Below, in pieces: positions 55,875-64,000 of a stretch of DNA of 64,000 nucleotides (within the stretch, counting starts at the first letter, position 1; every line of letters starts with the position of its first letter). The notes below the pieces were generated by a model that saw only the letters and a program-made list of their open reading frames with translations, made no database searches and had not been told where the DNA came from. The stretch covers positions 5,335 through 69,334 of the forward strand of contig JANQKF010000031.1 of the NCBI GenBank assembly GCA_028281285.1. Direction: 5' to 3'. This DNA is from Cyclobacteriaceae bacterium. Its GTDB lineage: Bacteria > Bacteroidota > Bacteroidia > Cytophagales > Cyclobacteriaceae. A program made the position numbers and the translations under genes.

Positions 55875-56515
55875 TGATTTCTAAAATCCTCTTTATGACT
55901 GACTTCGTGTTTGCTTTCGTCAAATTCAAAATGTCCTTCAGCAAAATTCACGTTTGGCTTAAATGCAGTTACCTGAAACGCGGTGGTGATATCGTCATAG
56001 TCTACCATGTCCCAGGCCTTCAGATAGCCGTCCTTCTGGCCTATATACATGATAACACTAGTGTAGTCGCTATCTTCATCAGTAGAAGTCAGCTCAATTA
56101 CGTCAACCAGTTCTCCGCTATTATTGTCGGATCTCAAATACTTATAGGTAAACCCCTCTTTATAAATATCATAGACATTGGCCGGGTTGATAAAACCATC
56201 TTCAGGGTCGAAATTGGCTATGGTCAGTTCCTTGGGTTCTACTAAATAGGTCCAAATCACAGGACCATTACAGTAAATGTGCTGGCTACTCAACTTCAAA
56301 AGAAACTTCTCCTTGGATACGGCCACATTCCCTGAGAAGGTATCGGACACTTCCGACTCATTCTTCACCTTCTGCTCAAAGGAAACTTCAAAACCGGGCA
56401 TGGCTTTGTAGGTTTCGCTCATTTTGTCCAGAATGGCTTTTGCATCAGTCGTTTGAGCAATACCATTCAGACATGTTACCAACATCACAACTATTCCAAC
56501 AATCTTTTTCATCAT
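55871..56515 (-). CDS. lolA: Outer-membrane lipoprotein carrier LolA-like
   Basis: Signal peptide, NG..IWTY...E..I; canonical position downstream of ftsK. Confidence 0.85.
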   Translation of the reverse strand: MMKKIVGIVVMLVTCLNGIAQTTDAKAILDKMSETYKAMPGFEVSFEQKVKNESEVSDTFSGNVAVSKEKFLLKLSSQHIYCNGPVIWTYLVEPKELTIANFDPEDGFINPANVYDIYKEGFTYKYLRSDNNSGELVDVIELTSTDEDSDYTSVIMYIGQKDGYLKAWDMVDYDDITTAFQVTAFKPNVNFAEGHFEFDESKHEVSHKEDFRNQ

Positions 56516-56534
56516 CTCTTAATAATCCTTCGAA

Positions 56535-59051
56535 TCACTTATTGTTCAACTCGTTCAATAACTGTTCCAAACTGTATTCGTCTGGGATCAATACCTCTCT
56601 GGCTTTACTCCCTTCAAAAGGCCCAACAATTCCTGCCGCTTCCAGTTGATCGATCAACCTTCCTGCTCTGTTGTATCCCAGCTTCAGTTTTCTCTGTATC
56701 AACGAGGTACTCCCTTGTTGATGGGCCACTATCAATTTTGCAGCATCCTCAAATAGTGCATCGCGATCCGATAAATCGACATCAAGGTTGCCACCTTCTC
56801 CCTCATCTCCAGAGTATTCTGGCAACAAGTAAGCTGAGTCATAGCCCCGCTGTGAACCTATGAAATCGCAAATTAAGTCAACTTCAGGCGTATCTACAAA
56901 AGCACATTGTAAACGCGTGATCTCAGAACCCATTGACAGCAACATGTCTCCCTGCCCAATCAACTGGTCAGCACCTCCCGCATCGAGAATGGTTCTGGAG
57001 TCTACTTTTGAAGTCACCCGGAAAGAAAGTCTAGCCGGGAAGTTCGCTTTGATAATACCGGTAATCACGTTCACAGAAGGTCGCTGTGTGGCTACTACAA
57101 GGTGAATACCGATGGCCCGGGCAAGCTGTGCCAGTCTGGCAACAGGAGTCTCTACCTCCTTCCCTGCCGTCATCATCAGATCGGCCAATTCATCAATCAC
57201 CAGGACGATATACGGTAAGTATCGATGTCCTTTTTCCGGATTCAATTTGCGATCAACAAACTTCTGATTGTATTCTTTAATATTTCTACAAGCGGCATCC
57301 TTCATCAAATCATATCGCTGATCCATCTCGATACACAAAGAGTTGAGTGTGTAAATCACCTTTTTAGTATCGGTGATGATCGCATCTTCATTATCCGGAA
57401 GCTTCGCCAGATAGTGTCGCTCAATTTTATTGAACAAGGTCAGCTCTACTTTCTTCGGATCGACAAGAACAAACTTCAATTGTGAAGGGTGCTTTTTATA
57501 AAGAAGACTGGTCAGAATTACGTTCAAACCCACTGACTTACCCTGTCCTGTTGCTCCTGCCATCAGCAGGTGAGGCATTTTGGCCAGATCCGTGACAAAC
57601 ACCTCATTGGAAATGGTCTTTCCAAGAGCCACGGGTAAGGCCATGGAACTGTTCATGAACTTGTCAGTAGTCACCACAGACCTCATCGAAACCATTTCCT
57701 TATTCTTATTCGGTACTTCAATACCAATGGTCCCCTTTCCGGGTATCGGGGCAATTATTCGGATTCCCAAGGCTGCCAAACTTAAGGCAATGTCATCCTC
57801 CAGGTTTTTGATCTTGGAGATTTTCACACCGGCATCAGGAATAATTTCATAAAGCGTGATTGTTGGGCCAATAGTAGCCTTGATACTCGAAATACCAATT
57901 TTGAAGTTGGTAAGCGTCTCAACAATCTTGTCCTTATTCTGCTGAAGTTCCTCTTTCGTTACCTGGATTTTACCGGTAGAATATTCGTTCAGCAAATCAA
58001 TTTTCGGAAACTTATAGGAGGCCAAATCCAACGTAGGATCATAATGTCCGGCCTTTTTGACAATCTTTTCTGCAGCTTCATTCAGTTCAACCTCAAAAGC
58101 AGGTTCGTTGTCTACAGGAATCTCTTTAGGTTTATTCTCTTTGGGCTCTGACGGAAGTTCATTGGCAATTTCCAGGTCCAACGATTTCTTTTCTTCTACC
58201 TGAGGTTCCGGTTCCTCAATTTCTTCGCTTTCCTTCTTCTCCTTTTCTTCTTTCAAGGATACCACCCAGTTTTTGAGTTCTTCCTCATTCTCATCAAGTT
58301 CTTTCGCCTTCTCTTCTGAAACCACCGGTTCGTTAGTCAGGACATCTTCATTGGTTATTGTATCCGCATGCATTTCTGCAGTCTCGGTCGCCAACGCTGG
58401 TTCTTCATTCTTACCTGTCCAAATACTGGTGATATTAAAGAAGAAGATCACAAAAACCAGGAAAGTAAAAATCAAGAAGAGTAGTGTTCCAAAACCTATG
58501 AGATTGTCGAAAATAATTGCCAATTCATATCCAAGGCCACCGCTATAAAAGCTCCATTCAGAAATACCATCACCTTTGATCATTGAGCCCATCAACAAAC
58601 TAATCCATATCAGGAAAAAGGTAACGAAGCCCAGCGCCCGAGGTATTCGGATTAACTCTTTACCAAAAACCACCTTGTAGCCAAGAATAAACAGGAATGG
58701 GGGAATCAGGAAGGCAGCAATCCCGAACCACCTAAAAATCAGGTAATGTGAGGTAACGGCTCCCCATAGCTTCATCCAATTAGCAGCCTCAGCTCCAGAT
58801 TCCATCAATCCGGAATCTCCTATTGACTCCACCACACTTTGATCAGCCTTACCCGTGAAAAGATAACTGGTGCAAGAAAGGAATAGAAACGCTGCTAAAG
58901 CGAGCAGAAAGAAACCCACCGTGAGTTGGACTCTACGGTCTTTCAAAAAACTGAATTGAAACTTGTCGGCTAGGTTTATTCTGGATTTCTGCTTTTTGCT
59001 TTTTGGAGTAGTTTTCTTGAAGGTGTTGCTCTTGTAGGTGTTTTTGGTCAT
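56535..59051 (-). CDS. ftsK: DNA translocase FtsK
   Basis: 4TM N-domain, PHLLMAGATGQGKS, IDELADLM, ATQRPSV, gamma domain GYNRAGRLIDQLE. Confidence 0.97.
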   Translation of the reverse strand: MTKNTYKSNTFKKTTPKSKKQKSRINLADKFQFSFLKDRRVQLTVGFFLLALAAFLFLSCTSYLFTGKADQSVVESIGDSGLMESGAEAANWMKLWGAVTSHYLIFRWFGIAAFLIPPFLFILGYKVVFGKELIRIPRALGFVTFFLIWISLLMGSMIKGDGISEWSFYSGGLGYELAIIFDNLIGFGTLLFLIFTFLVFVIFFFNITSIWTGKNEEPALATETAEMHADTITNEDVLTNEPVVSEEKAKELDENEEELKNWVVSLKEEKEKKESEEIEEPEPQVEEKKSLDLEIANELPSEPKENKPKEIPVDNEPAFEVELNEAAEKIVKKAGHYDPTLDLASYKFPKIDLLNEYSTGKIQVTKEELQQNKDKIVETLTNFKIGISSIKATIGPTITLYEIIPDAGVKISKIKNLEDDIALSLAALGIRIIAPIPGKGTIGIEVPNKNKEMVSMRSVVTTDKFMNSSMALPVALGKTISNEVFVTDLAKMPHLLMAGATGQGKSVGLNVILTSLLYKKHPSQLKFVLVDPKKVELTLFNKIERHYLAKLPDNEDAIITDTKKVIYTLNSLCIEMDQRYDLMKDAACRNIKEYNQKFVDRKLNPEKGHRYLPYIVLVIDELADLMMTAGKEVETPVARLAQLARAIGIHLVVATQRPSVNVITGIIKANFPARLSFRVTSKVDSRTILDAGGADQLIGQGDMLLSMGSEITRLQCAFVDTPEVDLICDFIGSQRGYDSAYLLPEYSGDEGEGGNLDVDLSDRDALFEDAAKLIVAHQQGSTSLIQRKLKLGYNRAGRLIDQLEAAGIVGPFEGSKAREVLIPDEYSLEQLLNELNNK

Positions 59052-59126
59052 TGAAAAAGTGGTAATACCAATTAATTACGAAAATAACTGATTTTTATTA
59101 ATCCGAGAGGGCGAAAATCCATTAAT

Positions 59127-60182
59127 TCAGTTGGTTTTCAACTTATTGCGCTTCCATTCGATGATTCCCCTATTGATTCTTTTCACCATTCCAGGACCTT
59201 CGTAAATAAACCCTGTGTAGACCTGAACCAAGGAAGCCCCTGCTTCCAGTTTTTCGATGGCATCCTGGGCGGTATAAATGCCCCCTACTCCAATAATCGG
59301 AAATGAGCCTTCAGACTTGGTACTTAAATAACGAATCACTTCGGTCGACCTGGCGGTCACAGCCTTGCCGCTTAAACCCCCGGCACCAATCTCTTCGATG
59401 TGTTCTTTTTTGGTTTTGAGGCCATCACGAGAAATCGTGGTGTTAGTGGCAATCACTCCATCAATGCCTGTTTCTCCTACAATTTCCACAATATCATCCA
59501 GTTGGGATTCATTCAAATCCGGTGCTATTTTTAGCAACAGAGGCTTCGGTTTTTCTTTCGATAGGTTTCTTGCCTGAACTGCATTCAGCAGTTCTTTCAG
59601 TGGTTCTTTTTCCTGGAGTTCTCTGAGATTTGGAGTATTGGGCGAACTCACATTTACCACAAAATAATCTACGTGCTCGAACAGGGCATCGAAGCACTTT
59701 TCATAATCATGAAGTGCTTGATCATTCGGAGTCACCTTGTTCTTTCCAATATTACCCCCAATAATCACCGAAGACTTTTTCTTCTTTAAACGTTCGACAG
59801 CCGCCTCCACTCCCTCGTTATTAAAACCCATTCGATTGATCAGACTCGAGTCATCGGGAAGTCGAAACAAACGTGGTTTTGGATTGCCCTCCTGTCCAAC
59901 CGGAGTCAGCGTGCCAATCTCAATAAACCCAAAGCCGTAAGTGCTCAACTCATCGAACAGTTTGGCATCCTTGTCAAAGCCCGCTGCGAGTCCAACTGGA
60001 TTCTTAAAGTTTAACCCAAATAAATTTACTTCAAGTAACTGATTTTTAGAGTTATATAGTTTAGATGAAATCCATCGAAATCCAGGGATTTTAAATAGGT
60101 TTTTGACAAGATTAAAAGTGAAATAGTGGGCTTCTTCTGCAGGTTTAGAAAAAAGGAATGGGCGGATGAGAGTTTTGTACAA
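59127..60182 (-). CDS. pyrD: Quinone-dependent dihydroorotate dehydrogenase
   Basis: [48 protein letters not shown] start at 60182 preferred; ORF track gives 60230. Confidence 0.96.
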   Translation of the reverse strand: MYKTLIRPFLFSKPAEEAHYFTFNLVKNLFKIPGFRWISSKLYNSKNQLLEVNLFGLNFKNPVGLAAGFDKDAKLFDELSTYGFGFIEIGTLTPVGQEGNPKPRLFRLPDDSSLINRMGFNNEGVEAAVERLKKKKSSVIIGGNIGKNKVTPNDQALHDYEKCFDALFEHVDYFVVNVSSPNTPNLRELQEKEPLKELLNAVQARNLSKEKPKPLLLKIAPDLNESQLDDIVEIVGETGIDGVIATNTTISRDGLKTKKEHIEEIGAGGLSGKAVTARSTEVIRYLSTKSEGSFPIIGVGGIYTAQDAIEKLEAGASLVQVYTGFIYEGPGMVKRINRGIIEWKRNKLKTN

Positions 60183-60261
60183 GGCAGAATGTTTTGGCAA
60201 AAATAGAAGATCAAATCGACAATTGATCAATTAAAACTTGAAATATCATTCAATTCAAACA

Positions 60262-61161
60262 TCAGCTTCTGGGATGGTATTCCTGAATAACTTGCTTGAG
60301 ATAATCGCGATCTAAATGGGTGTAGATTTCAGTGGTGGTAATTGATTCATGACCCAGCATTTCCTGAACTGCCCGAAGGTCGGCTCCACCTTCAATCAGG
60401 TGCGTGGCAAAGGAATGACGGAAGGTGTGAGGACTTACGGTTTTGTTCAATCCGGACTTAGCCACTAAATCCTTGATCACCATAAATACCATCTGACGAG
60501 AAAGCTGTTTACCTCTTCGATTCAAAAAGAGAAAGGGTTTGTATTCTGCTGGAATTTCAAGATGGCTTCTCACCTCCTCTCGATAGATTTTGATAAACTT
60601 CAACGCTTCCCTCCCGATTGGTACCAAACGCTCTTTATTGCCCTTACCCAAAACACGCAGAAAGCCAATATCAAAGTGAATGTTGGAGATTTTTAAATTG
60701 ACCAACTCACTTACCCTGAGCCCCGAACTATAAAGTGTTTCGAGCATGGCCCGGTTTCGCATTCCCTCCGGCTTGGAATGGTCAATAGTTTCCAGGAGCT
60801 TATCAATCTCATGGACATTTAAGGTATCAGGTAACTTCCTACCCAATTTTGGCGCTTCCAGCAATGCCGTTGGGTCTTTGTCCATCTCTCCTTCGTAGTT
60901 CAGAAACTTATAAAAGGATTTCAGGCCGGATATTATTCTAGCCTGAGAATGCGGGGTCATGCCCAAATCATTAATATATTCTATGAAATCGATCAGATGT
61001 TGAAGCTCTATTTGAATGGGTGTCAGTTCCAGATTGGAGATATCAAGGAACTGTCTTAGCTTTACCACATCATGAATGTAGGCCTCTACAGAGTTTTCTG
61101 AGAGAGAGCGTTCCAGTTTAAGATAATTCTCGTACTCCTGAATATAGACATCCCAAGCCAC
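60262..61161 (-). CDS. xerD: Site-specific tyrosine recombinase XerD
   Basis: LERSLSENSVEAY, LYSSGLRVSEL, GKGNKERLVP, PHTFRHSFATHL..GGADLRAVQEMLGH..TTEIYTH. Confidence 0.95.
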   Translation of the reverse strand: MAWDVYIQEYENYLKLERSLSENSVEAYIHDVVKLRQFLDISNLELTPIQIELQHLIDFIEYINDLGMTPHSQARIISGLKSFYKFLNYEGEMDKDPTALLEAPKLGRKLPDTLNVHEIDKLLETIDHSKPEGMRNRAMLETLYSSGLRVSELVNLKISNIHFDIGFLRVLGKGNKERLVPIGREALKFIKIYREEVRSHLEIPAEYKPFLFLNRRGKQLSRQMVFMVIKDLVAKSGLNKTVSPHTFRHSFATHLIEGGADLRAVQEMLGHESITTTEIYTHLDRDYLKQVIQEYHPRS

Positions 61162-61181
61162 GGCTCAATTTAAATAAAGAG

Positions 61182-61601
61182 ATGAAAGTCATCATAATCA
61201 ACGGCCCTAATCTTAATCTTCTTGGTACAAGAGAGAAAGACATCTATGGAAACCAGAGTTTTGAGGACTATTTTGAAAAGCTGAAGGACAAATTCGATCT
61301 CGAGCTTGAATACTATCAATCCAATGTTGAAGGAGAATTGATCAACAAGCTTCATGAGGTAGGCTTTTCATACGATGGAGTGGTACTGAATGCGGGTGGC
61401 TATACGCACACTTCAGTGGCTATTTCGGATGCTATTGCTGCCATTAATACGCCTGTAGTGGAAGTACATATTTCCAATATCCATGCGAGAGAAGAGTTCA
61501 GGCATTTGAGTCTTATCACGAAAGAATGTGTTGGGCTCATTACCGGTTTTGGACTGACAGGGTACGATATGGCGCTCAATTTCCTGATGGAAAAGAAATA
61601 A
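61182..61601 (+). CDS. aroQ: Type II 3-dehydroquinate dehydratase
   Basis: INGPNLNLLGTRE..IYG, QSNVEG, NAGGYTHTS, EVHISN...REEFR. Confidence 0.97.
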   Translation: MKVIIINGPNLNLLGTREKDIYGNQSFEDYFEKLKDKFDLELEYYQSNVEGELINKLHEVGFSYDGVVLNAGGYTHTSVAISDAIAAINTPVVEVHISNIHAREEFRHLSLITKECVGLITGFGLTGYDMALNFLMEKK

Positions 61602-61665
61602 TCAAACCGATCAAAATTCTACCTATTTAAGCGAAAAATCTTGCGGCTTTCATTGCCCAATGATC

Positions 61666-61673
61666 TAGCTTTG
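61666..61673 (+). promoter_or_regulatory. Bacteroidota housekeeping promoter -7 element (TAGCTTTG)
   Basis: TAnnTTTG with TTG at 61641, 16 bp upstream of the marC start. Confidence 0.65.
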
Positions 61674-61689
61674 CACAAATTTTTAGACG

Positions 61690-62262
61690 ATGTTGAATTT
61701 CACTGAAATCATCTCTGTAACGCTGATACTTTTTTCAGTCATTGACATCATCGGGTCAGTTCCGGTGATCATTGATTTGCGCAAGAAATTGGGTAAGGTA
61801 CAATCAGGAAAAGCTACTCTCGCTGCCGGTGTGCTCATGATTGCATTCCTGTTTGTAGGCGACAACCTATTGGGCCTGTTTGGTATTGACGTGGGATCCT
61901 TTGCAATAGCCGGATCTTTGATCATGTTCTTAATTGGTATGGAAATGATTCTTGGCCGAAACTTTTTCAAACATGAGCCAAGCGAAACCAGTGGTTCTTC
62001 TATCGTGCCCATTGCATTTCCAATTATTGCCGGAGCAGGTACTTTGACGACCCTCCTATCACTCAGGGCTGAATATCATGAACTCAACATTATGATCGGC
62101 ATCATTATTAACCTTGCCTTCGTTTATATCGCCCTGAAATCCTCTGCCTGGCTTGAAAGGAAAATTGGCGATGGGGGAATCAGCGTTCTGCGAAAGATTT
62201 TTGGTATTATATTGCTATCCATTGCTATCAAACTCTTTAAAGAGAATATCATTAATCTATGA
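61690..62262 (+). CDS. MarC family membrane protein
   Basis: LFSVIDIIGSVP, FAIAG, VPIAFPIIAGAG, KIFGIILLSIA. Confidence 0.92.
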   Translation: MLNFTEIISVTLILFSVIDIIGSVPVIIDLRKKLGKVQSGKATLAAGVLMIAFLFVGDNLLGLFGIDVGSFAIAGSLIMFLIGMEMILGRNFFKHEPSETSGSSIVPIAFPIIAGAGTLTTLLSLRAEYHELNIMIGIIINLAFVYIALKSSAWLERKIGDGGISVLRKIFGIILLSIAIKLFKENIINL

Positions 62263-62720
62263 TCACCATCTACACTGACGGCTCGTCCAGAGGGAATCCC
62301 GGCCCAGGGGGCTACGGTGTGGTAATGAAATACAAAGAACATCGTAAGGAGATTTCCGAGGGTTTTCGCAAGACCACCAACAATCGCATGGAGCTTTTGG
62401 CAGTGATCGTAGGGCTGGAAGCCATCAAAGTCAAAAATGCACCCGTTACGGTTTATTCCGATTCTAAATACGTGGTTGATGCTATTGAAAAAGGTTGGCT
62501 TTGGGGATGGATTAAAAAGGACTTCAAGAAAAAGAAAAACAAAGATCTTTGGCTGAGATATGCCGAAATTCATCCAAAACACAGGATAAAGTACCAATGG
62601 GTAAAGGGCCATGCCGGCATTCCGGAAAATGAGCGTTGTGATCAACTGGCGGTCGAAGCAGCAGAAGGAAACGACCTCAAAGTGGATGTTGAGTTTGAAA
62701 ACGGAATCAACGACCTATAA
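62259..62720 (+). CDS. rnhA: Ribonuclease HI
   Basis: YTDGSSRGNPGPGG, TTNNRMEL, YSDSKY, WVKGHAG..ENERCD. Confidence 0.97.
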   Translation: MITIYTDGSSRGNPGPGGYGVVMKYKEHRKEISEGFRKTTNNRMELLAVIVGLEAIKVKNAPVTVYSDSKYVVDAIEKGWLWGWIKKDFKKKKNKDLWLRYAEIHPKHRIKYQWVKGHAGIPENERCDQLAVEAAEGNDLKVDVEFENGINDL

Positions 62721-62728
62721 TTCCAAAA

Positions 62729-63448
62729 GTGCCCAATAGCTACTTCCAATTCAAAGAATTTAGAATCGACCAGGATCAAAGTGGGATGAAGGTCACCACC
62801 GAAGGTTGTCTTCTGGGTGCACTAGTCGCTAAATGGTCTCTACAGAATCAACCTGAGAAGATACTGGATATAGGTACTGGAACCGGGTTGTTGGCATTGA
62901 TGATTGCTCAAAAAAGCAGCGCCAATATTGATGCTATCGAAATCGACAAAGCTGCGGCCAGACAAGCAGAAAATAACTTTCAAGACTCACCATGGCCAGA
63001 AAGGTTGAATGTACAACAGGGTTCTATCCAATCTTTCACCCCCTCTAAAAGATATGATCTCATTGTTTCTAATCCCCCGTTCTTCAAAGACAATCAACCC
63101 GGTAAATCCACTCAAAAGAACCAAGCCATTCACAATCTGAAATTGAGCTTCCCTGATCTGGCCTTGGCTGTTGGAACACTACTAAAATCAGAGACTGGGA
63201 CAGCCTGGATTCTTTATCCACCTTATGAGATGGAAGAGTTTCGGAAACAGGCCTCAAAACAAGGCCTCTTCCCCATTGAAGTGGTGACTGTTCGTAACAA
63301 GGAATCCGGCTCCCCTTTCCGAAAGATCGTGCAATTCGGTTTTAACGAATCTGAAATCAATCATAGGCAGCTGGTGATAAGAAACCTGGATGGAAGTTAT
63401 ACCACAACGTTCAAGGTCCTGCTACAAGACTTTTATCTTCATCTTTAA
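62729..63448 (+). CDS. yfiC: tRNA1(Val) (adenine37-N6)-methyltransferase
   Basis: FQFKEF.I.QD..GMKVTT, LDIGTGTG, DLIVSNPPFF. Confidence 0.88.
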   Translation: MPNSYFQFKEFRIDQDQSGMKVTTEGCLLGALVAKWSLQNQPEKILDIGTGTGLLALMIAQKSSANIDAIEIDKAAARQAENNFQDSPWPERLNVQQGSIQSFTPSKRYDLIVSNPPFFKDNQPGKSTQKNQAIHNLKLSFPDLALAVGTLLKSETGTAWILYPPYEMEEFRKQASKQGLFPIEVVTVRNKESGSPFRKIVQFGFNESEINHRQLVIRNLDGSYTTTFKVLLQDFYLHL

Positions 63449-63846
63449 CGTTCTACCACGTTAGCAACAGCTTTCTCTGAAATGTAAGTCCCACTATTGC
63501 CGAAGCTGTTTCTCACAAAATTCAACACATCGGCTATTTGCTGATCGTTAAACACTTGAGCCGGCATTTTGGCATTGTAGTTCTTTCCATTCACGGTAAT
63601 TTCTCCTTCCAACCCAAACTTCACAATTCGGATCAATTCCTCATCCGTGAGTTTCATCAAATAGTCTGATTTAGCGAGCGGAGGACTTAAGTCTTTGTAG
63701 CCTTGCCCCTGCTTTCCGTGACAACCTGCACAGGTTTTAAAGACAGCTTCTCCCCGCTTGATACTGGTTTTTAAGTCATCTTGAAGGGAGCTGGCCTGAA
63801 CAATCAAACCTACCATATACATTACAAAAACAATCTTGAGTTTCAT
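63445..63846 (-). CDS. Mono-heme c-type cytochrome
   Basis: CAGCH, PPLAKS, MPA...D.QIADVLNFVRNSFGN; signal peptide. Confidence 0.9.
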   Translation of the reverse strand: MKLKIVFVMYMVGLIVQASSLQDDLKTSIKRGEAVFKTCAGCHGKQGQGYKDLSPPLAKSDYLMKLTDEELIRIVKFGLEGEITVNGKNYNAKMPAQVFNDQQIADVLNFVRNSFGNSGTYISEKAVANVVER

Positions 63847-64000
63847 GACCTGAATGGTTAATTCAGGTCTAAGTAGTCAAATCAATAGGATCACGGGAAG
63901 TTCAAATCTTCGGTATGAGCGTATTTGTCGACTTGCTGAACCCGTTAACCGCTAATCGTCCAGAATAAAGAAATCCAGTTCAAATCGGGAGGTGGGGTGT

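Noticed and set aside
60262-61161. Tyrosine recombinase as integron or phage integrase acting on the attC-like site
   Set aside because: It has canonical XerD motifs and length, no IntI-specific insertion is visible, the context is core genes, and it lies 34 kb away.
5752-62645. Numerous short track ORFs nested in or antisense to well-supported genes (e.g. 9077-9574, 15446-16009, 16885-17235, 48413-48892, 62124-62645)
   Set aside because: They overlap genes with clear family motifs and show no independent evidence of coding.
63899-63986. Two AGTTCAAATC motifs resembling tRNA T-loops
   Set aside because: No acceptor, D or anticodon stems could be built, and the region is cut by the window edge.
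1-64000. CRISPR array, rRNA/tRNA genes, prophage or intact transposase
   Set aside because: No regularly spaced repeat-spacer units, RNA gene signatures, phage structural genes or DDE/HUH transposase motifs were seen by eye.

Overview
Bacteroidota chromosomal window, probably Cytophagales. This is inferred from TAnnTTTG promoter elements, the lack of Shine-Dalgarno motifs and the gene repertoire. It has three zones. (1) 1-16.5 kb: a >1,830-aa modular surface protein that is missing from the ORF track and runs off the left edge, preceded by a phased repeat array and a transmembrane TPR-LuxR regulator, then MacA/MacB-like genes, a trypsin, Uup and an M20 peptidase. (2) About 16.5-49.7 kb: an accessory region. 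It holds a HEPN plus AAC(3)-I-like GNAT pair inside a 20-bp direct repeat, a BlaI/M56/serine-hydrolase module with twin operators, a solitary attC-like element, scavenging enzymes, an orphan DUF4157 protein with a PD-(D/E)xK-like tip, two convergent PadR-permease operons, an ECF sigma with an unusual repeat-bearing partner, and a 39-aa ORF with a sigma54-like promoter. (3) 49.8-64 kb: mostly core genes (trhO, pyrF, lolA, ftsK, pyrD, xerD, aroQ, rnhA, yfiC). No rRNA, tRNA, CRISPR array or intact transposase was seen. All domain names come from motif recognition by eye, not from HMM searches.
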